Part shown: positions 39,101-50,916 of the stretch, one piece after another | How the letters are laid out: every line of letters starts with the position of its first letter | How positions within the stretch are numbered: the stretch's first letter is position 1 | NCBI GenBank assembly: GCA_033442325.1 | Contig: JAWQFM010000006.1 | Coordinates: 1,095,054 to 1,159,053, forward strand | Source: Salpingoeca rosetta | Taxonomy: Eukaryota > Protista > Choanoflagellata | Direction of reading: 5' to 3' | DNA length: 64,000 nucleotides | The notes under the pieces: model-generated | Seen by the model: only the letters and a program-made list of their open reading frames with translations | Databases searched by the model: none | What the model was told of the DNA's origin: nothing | Translations under genes and position numbers: made by a program

Positions 39101-40645
39101 GCCCTCCTGCTGCGTGTGCGCCACCGCGTACACGCCGCTGGTGTGGCCGCTGAGCGTGGCCACGCACTTGTGCGCCGCTACGTCCCACACGCGCAGCGTC
39201 GTGTCGACGCTGCCAGAGATGAGGTGGCGCGCGCTGCTTGAAGAAGGTGTCGCCGTGCTGGTGGTGGCGGTGGCACTTGTGGTGCTGGTGGCGGTGGCGG
39301 TGGCAAATGCGAGGCAGGTGACCGTGGCGGTGTGCCCCTGCAGCACAGCAGCCACGTCGCGGCTGCTGGCGTCCCACACGCGCACGGTGGTGTCGTCGCT
39401 GCCTGACGCAAGGTACTTGCCCTCGCTGTCGACAGCGACGGCAAACACGCCGTCCGAGTGGCCGGCGAGCGTGTCTGTGCACATGAGCCGCGGGATGGTG
39501 CTGATGCGCAGGGTCTCGTCCGTGCTGCACGACACCACCGACTGCCCATCGGGCATGATGGCCACGCCCTCGATGCTGCGCGCGTGTGTGCCGGCGCTGG
39601 TCACCTCTGGCGCGGGCTGCAGGCCCCAGATGCGGATGGTGGCGTCTGTGCCGCCGGAGACGAGGTGGCGGCCCGTTGGGGTGAAGGTGGCGCTGGCCAC
39701 GACGCCCTTGTGGCCGTAGAAGGTGGCGATGCACGCGCTGGACTCTGCGCTCCACAGGCGCACGGTGCCGTCTGCACCGCAGGAGACGATGGCGTCGTTG
39801 CGCGGGGAGAGGGCGGCGCAGTACACGTGCCCGTGGTGTCCCCGGAGGACGCCGATGCAAGTCTGCAGGTCAACGCACCACAGCTTGATGGTGGCGTCCT
39901 CGGAGCAGGAGACCAGCAGCTTGCCGTCGCGGGACATGGCCACGCTCTCCACGCTTTTGGTGTGGGCGTGGATGACCGCGGTGCGCTGGCCCGTGTCTGC
40001 GCTCCACAGGTGAATGATGCCGTCCTTGTCGCCGGAGCAGATGACCTGGTCGTTGGGGCTGATGGTGAGGCACTCCACGCTCTCCGTGTGCCCGCGCAGG
40101 ATTGCCGTGCACCTGCCCTTGCGCCAGTCCCAGATGCGCACGGTGAAGTCGAGGCTGCCGGAGACCAGCGCCTCGCCGGTGGACGAAAACATGACCGAGG
40201 ACACCGGGTTGGCGTGTCCCTTGAGTGTTTGGATGCACTTGTGCGAGCCCAGGCTCCAGACCTTGACGGTGTTGTCACCGCTGCCGGAGGCAATGAAGTT
40301 GCCGTCCCGCGACGGCGCCACGCAGGCCACAAAGCTGCCGTGGCCCTCAAACGTGGATGTGCAGCGGTGCGTCTCCAGATTCCACAGCTTGAGTGTGTTG
40401 TCGGCGCTGCCCGAGATGACGCACTTGCCATCCGCAGACACCGCCACGGCTCGCACGGGCTTCGTGTGTCCATCACCAACACCACTACGACCACCACCAG
40501 CACCACCAGCGTTGAGCGCGCTTCCAGTGGTGTTCGCGTTCGCTCCTCCGCCACCTGCAGCCGCAATCACGCCTGCTTTCACATAGTCTGATTGCAGCTC
40601 CTTCAACGTGAGCATCACGTTGCTCGCACTCCGCATCTCACGCAT
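36101..40645 (-). CDS. WD40-repeat TRP cation channel (14 WD40 repeats + 6TM TRP domain + C-terminal coiled coil), single exon, 1514 aa
   Basis: 14 GH...W[DNS]-type repeats; pre-S1 FKWETYG; six hydrophobic segments; GPLVRMI...D..YF; S6/TRP helix LLNLLIALMSDSYERIQ; heptad tail VDELAVRLAAMEAQV. Confidence 0.92.
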   Translation of the reverse strand: MREMRSASNVMLTLKELQSDYVKAGVIAAAGGGGANANTTGSALNAGGAGGGRSGVGDGHTKPVRAVAVSADGKCVISGSADNTLKLWNLETHRCTSTFEGHGSFVACVAPSRDGNFIASGSGDNTVKVWSLGSHKCIQTLKGHANPVSSVMFSSTGEALVSGSLDFTVRIWDWRKGRCTAILRGHTESVECLTISPNDQVICSGDKDGIIHLWSADTGQRTAVIHAHTKSVESVAMSRDGKLLVSCSEDATIKLWCVDLQTCIGVLRGHHGHVYCAALSPRNDAIVSCGADGTVRLWSAESSACIATFYGHKGVVASATFTPTGRHLVSGGTDATIRIWGLQPAPEVTSAGTHARSIEGVAIMPDGQSVVSCSTDETLRISTIPRLMCTDTLAGHSDGVFAVAVDSEGKYLASGSDDTTVRVWDASSRDVAAVLQGHTATVTCLAFATATATSTTSATATTSTATPSSSSARHLISGSVDTTLRVWDVAAHKCVATLSGHTSGVYAVAHTQQEGGSHLLASGSEDGIVMLWTGLSKPSVLLTLNAHTYGSFDADEAGVSDLAFTPDARTLVSAGDDGTIRLWDIPPEAVVVPERVVCRAVLTGHEGCVTCVTVASDNRHIISAGEDATVKVWQLESTATAATAAATTTAAGHSSSSSSSSHASSPLSPNFPSSSTSHAHGSNGLISSGGGAVCICSLEGHTDKVNAVAVSPDMQFIVSAGGTHDKTLRVWPMGSMLAPERCTDLPHMPTFALTGTIAHDRFNENPARRLNALQRCLTAFPSTLECTMPDGSDPHAQGAVHTRNGGGAVVTADDAPRSSQQLHAQQLQRHRTRKGQQQQQLSTLHESASSTGDGDGGDEDGDGADDFGGFGESESGESVDRTTSKSALVHPHQQHHQHHQQHQHQHQLQKRRHRRGGRRGMKTGLSPLAWAASDSRRLDVLACMLSIPTVPVLSLERQPSMLHAAITHAKDVEVLSMVTAKIADAARAQDRGKANPADHYPWELSLLSLHHGFTQDLMLLIREFPQVAAAFLRNLGLVLSGADVGYDHRATRLPTSRMIVVGDECPVENAGLWQSLRASGELEALETQSNHTVLTEARVVPVPYAASTLPDGTCLLDTLVEAGRAELFGNYIARAVVRFKWETYGRRKFRNEANWYLLSVVFITVLTFVVDLQGNDVSQLLSSKASATDVVSVIMVLVLGLYAASEAKHEMLEWRYLRGHWRDFWNWLDSLNIVLAFVVLATYLGGWQHARAVLAIASYLRWFGILYHLQAFKTTGPLVRMILAICFDMRYFLVVLGISIVAAWTSFRLLLLDDKTVPLDGLGDPANGLLIMFNMLLLAEFELDTFGGTYAVLLRILFVISMVLVPVVLLNLLIALMSDSYERIQDRADIEFQLLRARYLRERELFLSPAEKSDPKLFPKWLHVLVPKSTGVGESTPGQQWQGMLTMLKMEMKTQSRASAADVKARVDELAVRLAAMEAQVHGVQESLAEKVGALQRDSARIIALLQQQRQNNT

Positions 40646-40790
40646 GATGATGGGGTGGTGCGCAGTGGCTCAAAGTGGGTGTGGTCTGGACAACAACACC
40701 ATGAAATGCGGTGTGGAAGGACTTATGATGACTCATCAATCAGCCCTGGCGCGTCTGGCTGCAAGAGACGAGCAAGAGTGTGACGCGACG

Positions 40791-43700
40791 ATGACGAGGG
40801 GTTCTGACAACCGCGGTGATGGCGGTGATGGCCATGCTTCAGCTGCCCCTGCTGCCCCTGCTACCACTGCTGCTGCCGCTGCGAGAGAAGGGAAGGAATG
40901 GGCGACGAGGAAGGAGTTGCCGGCGCCTTCTGTGTGGCTGCAGCTGCGCACTGTCTTGTGGAAGAATTGGACCCTGAAGAAGCGCAAACCCATGTCCTTG
41001 GCAGCGGAGCTGGTGCTCCCTCTCTTCCTGTTTATCTTGCTCGCCCTTGTGCGCACCCGTCGCCCCGCCGAGCTTGTGCCGACTGGTGAGGGACAAACCC
41101 AATGCCAAACAGCTTCACACCCTACTGACACCTCTGCGCGCTCAAACAGACATTCACCCCCCCCCCCTCTCTCTGTGTGTCTCTCTATGGCCACTGCATT
41201 GGCACACGGGCTCACCCTTGCATTCACACACACTTGCACACACACTTGCACACACACTTGCACACACACACACACATGCTCACTGAATTACACGCTCACT
41301 CGTTACACTCACACTCGCACGCACTGCACCCACGCATTCACAAATCCCCCCAACACACACACACACGTACGCATGCACAGCAACGTACAATGCGGCTGCC
41401 CTGCCGTCATCGGGCGTGATTGCGCTGACTCAAAGCCTCGTGTGCAATGGCATCGCCAACTTCGACATGGCTTCGTCCGGGCAGGACAAAACAACCCTGG
41501 AGCGCGTCGTCGATATCCTCGACAAGCACGACCTGACGCCAGCCACCTTCCAGCGCGCAGTGACCCGCACCACGCTTGACATCCAGCAGCTGCAGGACCT
41601 TGCAGCGTCGCAGAACTCAACGGCCGCCCTGTTTGTGGAAGAGCTCGCGCGGCAGCTCCAACTCGACACCATCAACCTCGACTTGGACAGCGCAGCCGCC
41701 ACGAGAGCAGACGCGCAGCCCATCACGCAGGCCACGGTGGACGCCATCTGCACCGCAGCACACAGCCTCGTGCCGCTGTGGGTGGAGGGCGACACGAATC
41801 TCGACCTTGAGGCGCTCGCCGCCATCCTGGGCCTCAACACCACCACCGCCGCCGCCGCCGCCATACAAGACGGGTCCCTGTCCGCCCTTACCGCTGCAGC
41901 GCTGGCCAGTGATGCCTTCATCAACACCACGTTACCCGCTGTGCTGCTTACCCTGAACGAGGTGTACCCGGACTTGTTCCAGTTCACGCCCGCGCAGGTG
42001 GCCGATGTGCAAGCGGCACTGTGGCAGGCGGAGGTGGAGGGCGACACACCCCTGCAGATCGCAAGTGAGCTCCAGTCGCTCGTGGGGGAATACACGTCCT
42101 TGCCAGAGCCCGTCGTTGCCGCTCTCTTCCTTGTGGACACCTACGATGAGCCCGCACGCGTGGCAGAGGTGGCCGTTGGCGTCGCAAACCGCACAGGGGC
42201 CATCACCCCCGCCCTGGCCGCCAACCTGACACGCGAGGTGCACCGGCTCGAACGCGATCTGCAGGCACTCAACAGCGCCGGGCGCGCATTGCAGGAGATC
42301 AACAATCTGCCCGGCATTCAGGACCTGCGACAACGGCTGGAGGAGGAGGGCACGGAGATTGACGTGCTGAGCGCATGGCGGGACGTGGCCTGCGCGAGCG
42401 GCGCTGAAGGCGCTGTTGGCGGGCGATTCAGGTTCCGACGCGACGCGGACCGTGATGAGGGTGACGGTGATAGCAGTGGTGGCAGTGGTGGTGGCAATAG
42501 CGGTGGTGCAAGTGGTGGTATTGCAAGCAATCATGACAGTGGTGGCCGTGTGATGGCGGAGGAGGACCACGAGGCTTGGGCGACACAGAACCTTCATGCT
42601 CAACCTCGACACCACACACACCACACTGCGTCACCCTCATCCCCTCCGCCATCGCCCGCCCTGTTCCCTGCTCGCCCATCATCTGGGCTGCTGGGTGCCG
42701 TGCGCGACATGGTTGTGAAGCCTTGGTCATCTCTCCTCCCATCAGCCACAGGGGGTGGTGGTGGTGGTGGTGGTGGTGGTGGTGGTGGTGGTGGTGGTGG
42801 TGGACCGAGTGAGCGACACCGCCGCAATGAGCAGCCGCTGGATCTCTCGTTTGATGTCAACTCCAACGTGGTCAAGTTGCTTGACCTCGTGCGCCAGGGA
42901 ACCATCTACTACGCGCCAGATGTGCCCGACGTCCGCGCCGTCATCAGGTGAGCTGTGGGCATCCGCGGTGTTTGCGTGGATAAGCAGGGTGGGGCTTACG
43001 TGGGTGGGGGAGGGGGGTAAGGGAGTGCTTGTGTATTCTGCACTTGGTACACGCCGTGCTGCGAACCCACACTTGCCACACACACACACACACACACACA
43101 CTTGCCACACAAACAAACACACACACACACATTCACACACACATTCACACATGCACACACACACACGCTGCAGTGAGGCGAATGTAACGCTGCAGCAGAT
43201 TGAGCTGCTTGGATCTGCCCTCGACTGCGCGCTCAACATCACCCGCCCGTACGCAAACAACATCACGCAAACGCTCACAGACATCAACAACAGCACACAG
43301 ACGAGCGTGAGCGATGACACACTGCGCAACATCACCCGCACCGTACTGGACCCACAACAGCGGCAACAACAGCAACAGCAACAGCAAGGCAACTTTTCCT
43401 TCACCCGTCTCATCAACCCAAACCTCTGGCGCGGATTCCCCGATGAGGAGGCGCTTGTGGCTGCCGCCCAGGGCACTGAAAACGTGTACAACGTGTTTGG
43501 TGGTGTTGTGTTTCGCGGCGTTGGCGCAGACGGCGCCCTCCCACACAACCTGACCCTCTCCCTGCGCTTCCACGCGCTCAAGGTGCCGCGCACAGACTCG
43601 TTGCAACCGGAGTACACATGGGACAACGACGGAGACGTCAGCAACCAGCTGTACTACTACTTTGGCTTTGTGTTCCTGCAGGACCTGATGGAGCGCGCGT

Positions 43701-46700
43701 ATGTGCAGTACCGCAGCAACCACACCGTGCCCCTGCCCGCCGTGTATGCGCAGAACTTTCCCGTGCCGGCGTTTCGCGACGACCTGTTTGCGTGGGGCAC
43801 CGGGCGTACGCTGCCGCTGTTCATGGTGCTCTCGCGCATCTACTCCGTGTCGCGCCTCACCAAGAACATCGTGTACGAGAAGGAGAAGCGCCTCAAGGAG
43901 TACATGAAGATCATGGGCATGAACGACCGCGTGCACTGGCTCGGGTGGTTCCTGACGTACCTCGCCATCATGACTGTCAACGTCATCATGAAGACAGCGG
44001 TGCTCAGCCTGGGCGATGTGCTTGCCTTCAGCAACCCGTTGCTCATCTTCATTTATCTTGAGCTCAGCGGCATTGCTGGCATCCTCCTCTCCTTTGTGTT
44101 TTCCACCTTCTTTTCGCGCGCGCGCATTGCTGCAGCCGTGTCGGGCATGCTGTACTTTGGCACGTACATGCCGTACGTGTTTCTCGCCATTCGCGAGGAG
44201 ACGCTCGGCGCTGCTCCCAAGTGGGCCGGCAGCCTCCTCTCCACCACCGCTTTTGGCATTGGCGCCAGCTACATTGCCCAATTCGAGGAGGTAATGCACA
44301 TCGTACATGAGTGCGGGTGTGTATTGTGTGTGTGCGTGTGTATGTGTGTCTTTTGTGTCCGTGTGTTGTATGTGTGTGTGTGTGTGTGTGTTTGTGTGTG
44401 CCTTTGTGTTTCGTGTGTGTGTGTGTGCATGTTCGTCGTGTGCATTTCGGTACGAACACTTCCCGTCATTGCCGGTTTTGTGGCACCAGCGATCTGCTGC
44501 ACAATGATTTCGCCACCAACAACTTCAGCCCCCCTGCACGCGCCCTCCCTGTGTCTCACCCATGCTTTCACGTCATTTGACGTGCACACTGCGGTGCCGT
44601 AGGTTGGTGTTGGGCTCCAGTGGTCCAACGCGGACTCTGGCGTCGGCCCCTGCGACCAGTTCAGCTTTGCCAAAGCCATGTTCATGCTCATCCTCGACTG
44701 CTTCCTCTACGCGGGCCTCGTCTGGTACATTGCCTCCATCGCTCCAAGGTGCGACGCACACGCCTGCGGCAGCGCCACAGTAGTCGTGTGCGTACGTGTG
44801 CACATCATGTGTTGTGTATCGCTCTGGGCTGCACTTCCTCCTGCATGTCTTGTAGCCTGCGATATGATGAGCGTTTAGCATCAAGTGGATCCCTCTGAAT
44901 CGGCTGTACTCACATGACCGCCGTTGTCTTCGCCCTCTTCATTTGTCCTTGTTGATCCTCTTCCTCCCACTGTCTCCCCCACTCTCCCTCCCACTCTCCC
45001 TGGCACTCTCCCTGGCACTCTCCCTGGCACTCGATCCCACTGTCACCCCTCCCCCGCTTTGAGCAGCTTCGGCATTCCAAAGCCGTGGCACTTCCCCTTC
45101 CACCTCAGCTACTGGTTCCCGAATCGCGCCATTGGCAACGGCCGCAAGAGCGCGTGGGGCCGCTCCCGTGCACACGAGTACAACATCTCTGCTCTCCACA
45201 CCCGAGAGGAAGACGAACACCGCCAGCACATGCACGGGGGCGCGCTGCCTGTTCCCGCTGGGATGGATGCCGCGAAGTTTGAATCGCTGTCACAGACGAC
45301 GCAAGTTGGCATTTGCGTCGACCACTTGACCAAGGTGTACGCCAGCGAAAGCGGGTCCTGCTTTGGACAGCAGTCGCACCTCGCCGTTGACGACCTCAGC
45401 TTTGATGTTCACAGCAACGGCATCACTGCACTGCTGGGCCACAACGGTGAGTGCTCGCGCGCGCGTGTGTGTCTGGAAGTGTGTGTGTGTGTGTGCATGT
45501 GTGTGTCTGGATATGTGTGTCTGTGTGTGTGCATGTGTGTGTGTGTCGGTCTGTGTGTGTGTGTGTGTCTCTCTCTCTCTCTGTCTGCCAGTGTATGTGT
45601 GTGTGTCTGTCTGTCTGTCTGTGTGTGTGTTCAGGCATCGACCATTTCATGCCTGTGACACCGAATTCACTCCAAACCCATCGCACGCCACACATCTTCA
45701 CCTTGGCGCGCTCGCGTCGGCTGCAGGCGCTGGCAAGACGACCACCATCAGCATCCTCACGGGCCTCTTCCCGCCCACCAGCGGCACTGCATACGTGCAC
45801 GGGCGCGATGTGCGCACACACATGGATGTGATCCGACGCGGGCTTGGCATCTGTCCGCAGCACAACGTCCTGTTTGATGACCTCACGGTGCAGGAGCACC
45901 TGTTGTTCTGCGGCAGGCTGCGCTGTATTTCCCGTCACAAACTGCAGCAGAAAATCAGCCAGTACTTGAGGTATATATGCTGATGCCCATTGGTGATGAT
46001 GATGACCATTGGCCGTTTATATGTGTCTGTGACGCCTCACACTCGCACTCAGAGTTGGCTCATGCGTTCATACACACTTACGCACATGCACACGCACCCA
46101 ATCTTCTCACACGCACACAATCATCACACACACACACACACACACGCGCGCACGCTAACGTGTGGATCACATTTCTTCATGACATTCACACCGTGCGCTG
46201 CACCTGCAGGGACGTTGGTTTGGAGAGCAAGCGCGACTTTCTTGCCTCGAAACTGAGCGGTGGACAGAAACGAAAGCTCTCTGTTGCAATGGCGTTCCTG
46301 TGCGGGAGCGAAGTTGTCATCCTCGACGAAGCCACGGCAGGCATGGTTAGACTCACTGATCACGGAGACAGCTTCCACTGATGACGATTGTACAATATTG
46401 TGCTCAGTTCACACGCATTTTCATACACATTCTCATTTTTGTACACACGCATCCAAGCACACACACACACACACACTCACTCACTCACTCACTCACTCAC
46501 TCACTCACACACACACACACACACTCTCTCTCTCTCTCTCGCACACACACACACATACTCACACTCGTACTCACGCGCATGTACATGAACCCCACGTATG
46601 CCCTGTCAGGACCCTCGGGCACGCCGGTCAACGTGGGATTTGCTGCTGCGGTACAAGAAGACCCGTACCATTCTTCTATGCACCCACCACCTTGGTTCGT

Positions 46701-46880
46701 CACAAATGGCCTGCGCCATGGCCACAAGCGCCCTGTCAACCATGGCACTTTCACTGACACTCGCTTATTTGTGAACCTCGCAACGTTCTCACGTGCACAC
46801 GCTCATACCACACAGCTTCTGAGCTACAATTTGCACCCAACCACTCACGTGCATATCCCCCACAACCCCCACGACCAACC

Positions 46881-46969
<89 letters not shown>

Positions 46970-47687
46970 ATGAGGCGGATCTGCTGAGCGACCGCATCTG
47001 CATGCTAGCCAACGGGCGGCTGCAGTGCACGGGCTCTCCACTCTTTCTCAAGCGCGCCTTCAACGCTTCCTATGTCCTCAGTACGTGAAAACCCCTCGAT
47101 GCATCCATCAGCTGAATGTGATGGCACATACGCGCGCACACGCCTGCATACATGAGAGAGAGCCAGAGAAAGTGGGTTTTAACCACCACACCTGGCACTC
47201 TTCATGTCACTCTCCTTCATCTCGTGTTTTTCTAACGCGAGCCGCATGCTGTGTGTGTGTGTGTGTGTGTGTGATTGGTACCTTTGCCACTGCCATCATC
47301 ACGCCAGCGTTTGAAGTCGACCGTTCGCGCGTGAGCGTGGATTCGCTGCTGGAGTTTGTGACAGCGCATGTGTCTGGCGCCGAACTGGCCGACGACGTGG
47401 GGCAGGAGGTACAGCCACGCCACATTGAGGGCGCTTGAAGTTGACATCGCATATGGTTGTCCTCACTCACACTCGTGTGTACGCTCAGTATCTGTCTCAC
47501 TCACACACACACACTCTCTTTGTCTCTCTCACGCATACTCACACTGTCTGTCTCACTCTCCACTCACGCACACACACTGTCCATCTCTGTCTCTCTCCCG
47601 CACACTCACACACTCTCCCACACATTCTCTCTAACACACTCACACACACACACTCTCTCTCTCTCTTTCTCTCTTTCTAACACCCTC

Positions 47688-47721
<34 letters not shown>

Positions 47722-49698
47722 TGCTGTCACTGCCTGCGTTGCCTGTTGAGCAGGTGTCTGTGCGGCTGTCGCGGGAATCAACATCGCAGTTTCCGTCACT
47801 TTTCAGCGCTCTCGAGGGCACGCGTGATGAGCTCGGCATTGTCACGTATGGTGTTGCTGCAACGACACTGGAGGACGTGTTTCTGCAGGTTGCATCTGCT
47901 GCCGACGACACGCACGTGCTCGCCAGGGACGCCCGTCTGCGCACAGCGACGCCAGCAAACGCGCCAGTGCCAGTGCGAGGTCGCGCGCCGGCGTGTGAGC
48001 GGGGAAATGGCACGTCATCATCACCGCCGTCAGCATTGATGGTGTCAACTTCTTCGGCGTCGGTCACCAGCGACGATGCGCAACAGCTGATCCGAGAGGA
48101 CGAAACCAATGCGGCCGCAACTGCACAGAGGCACACTAGCAGCCATGGCCACAACCGCAGTCTGTGGCAACGCCTGGTGTCGTCATCACCATCACCACCA
48201 TCATTAACATCATCATCACCACCAGCGCGATGGCAGGACGCACCCGTCTCGGCCAACGGCGCTTACACAGGCAACCTTGGTCTGTATGTATGTGTGTATG
48301 TAACTGTGTGTGTATGTGTATGTGTATGTAAATGTGTATGTAACTGTGTATGTGTATGTAACTGTGTATGTGTATGTAAATGTGTATGTATGTAAATGTG
48401 TGTGTGTGTGTGTGGCTGTGGATGTTGGTACGTGGGCACTGTGTTCAGGGTACCAAGCTCCAACTGGCTACAGCCAGATATTCTTGGATGCTGCTCATGT
48501 CTTGTTGCTTGGTGATGTGTGGTGCAGTTACGGGCGTTGCGCTCGTGCAGCAGCGGTACAAAGCACTGTTTGCAAAGCGGTGGGCCATTGTCAAGCGGGA
48601 TGGACGTGCCTTCCTCTCCCAAATCGTCCTCCCAGGTTTTAACACGGTGCATTGCTGGTTTAATTGACATGCGGTGCACACCACAAGTCCACTTTGTTCC
48701 TGTGCACGCACAGCACACGCCTGCACGCGCACATAATGTGATAGGTGACAACATTCACTTGTTCCCATCATTCGGTGCGCGTTCAATCTGACATGTGTGT
48801 GTTCGTGCAGCTCTGTTCGTGGTGCTCGGGATGCTGGTTGCCACTGCGTTTCCGCCCGTTGGAGAGCAGCCGCCGCTTCAGCTCAACCCAGACATCTTTC
48901 GTCAGCACTGCGCAGAGGACAGCACAGCCGCCACCACCCCATATGCACGCGCCTCAAACACCTCTTACGCAGCCAACATCACTCGGGTAATGGATGGCGA
49001 GCTGTGGCGGTTGTGCGTTTGTTCCGTGTCACTGGAATGCTCGCTGTGGCACTACAGTTTTCTTTTCACGTCATCAACTGTTGAACACTGTGTTACCTGC
49101 CCAGTCCAGCGAGCAGTCGAGACACAGTTGTTCGTTTCAGACGTGCATCGTCGTCCATGTGCTCATGACACCCAAATTCGTGTTGTCGTTTATCTCTTTT
49201 GCAGGCCATTCCACTTGGTGCTGAGGCCGCGTTTCAGTTCCTCAATTTGGAAAGTGACCCGGACTTTCTGTCCAGTGCACGAAACATGACGGCGTATCTT
49301 CTCAACACTTACGATGAGCTGCAGTTCACCAGGTAAGTGACAAAGGCATACACGTGCAGCTACACGGACTGTGCATGTGTGTGCGTGTGTGTGTGATGAC
49401 TCGTGGCTCACCGTCTGAGAGAGCCGCACTTCAAATGCCCTCATCCAAAACACGCATACAAACACACACGCATATAAACACACATACACACACGCACACA
49501 CACGTACATACGCACACACATGTTGATTAGGCGTGCGGCGGTGACGGTTGAGAATGCAGTCAACCCTGTTGTTCGTCTTTCCGCTGCGTTCAATACGCCA
49601 GAGCTTGAAACAACGCTCGAAAATGTCACCTTTGAAACGATGCGTGGGTGGTTTGACAACAGGTGTGTATGTATGTGTGTGCGTGCGTGCGTGCGCGC

Positions 49699-49753
<55 letters not shown>

Positions 49754-50853
49754 CGTGCGTGCGTGTGTGTGTGTATGTATGTATTGTGTGTGCGTGCGTG
49801 CGAGGTTTACAGGGGTGCCTGTGCATGCGTCATCGTGTCTGACTTTGTGCTCTTGCTGAGTATGGGGCTGTTCTTGCCACTGAATTTCTTTCAATGTCTC
49901 CCTGGCGCTTGAAACTTATGCGTGTTCCATGTCCGAACTGCCACTTCCCGTCCCCTGCACGTGCAGGCACTACCATTCGCTGCCAACGGCTGTGCACCTG
50001 GCGCACGATGCGGTCCTGCGTGCCAACACCAACAACGAGTACAGCCTCGTCATCGAAAGCTACCCGCTCAACTCCACCGCAGACGAGATGACACAGGGTG
50101 AATGACGCTGCTGCGCTTTGTGCTGTTGTTTGTTTGTGCGTGTGTATGTGTGTGTGTGTGTGTGTGTACGTGTGTGTGTATGTGTGTGTGTCTGCGCTTT
50201 TCGTACCTGTCTGTCTGTCTGTCTGTCTGTGCATTTGGCGTGTTGGGTGCTTGCATCACATGTGTGTCCTTTGTTCAACTCCCTCTTGCACTGACCACTC
50301 ACGCCCAAACAAATGCCATCACGTGTGCTGTGACCGTCAGAGTATCTGGAATCCGGCACCGACCTGACTGTTGCCATCAACACCATCCTCGCCCTCTCCT
50401 TTGTTCCGGCCTCTTTCGTCGTCTTCCTCATTTCGGAACGCGTCACAAAGGCGAAACACTTGCAAGTCGTCAGGTCAGGCAACCTGTACTGCTCATGCAT
50501 GTGTATGCGCGCGTGTGTGTATTACATGAAGCGTATTGCGTGAAGAACGAAAGCGAGAAGGTGTGATGTTCATGCGCAGACGCAGTTTGTTGTTTCAGCT
50601 CATTCCTCACACATGTGTTGTTCTCACCTTCCTTTTTTTCCGCGCAGTGGTCTGGAGTTGAATACATATTGGATTGGAAACTTCGTCTGGGATCTCACCA
50701 ATTACCTCTTCCCAGCCCTCGTTGCTCTCCTCATCTTCGTCGCCTTTGGTCAGTGCACGCAACACCTCATACTGCCTTGTGCTTTTCCCCCAAATCCTCC
50801 TACAACACGTGCTTGCTGGAACCACACACGTTCACATTAACTCTGTGTGTGTG

Positions 50854-50916
<63 letters not shown>

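Noticed and set aside
35537-40591. Long + strand ORFs (884 aa, 575 aa, 377 aa) opposite the WD40-TRP gene
   Set aside because: Antisense shadows caused by high GC3 codon bias; no recognisable domains.
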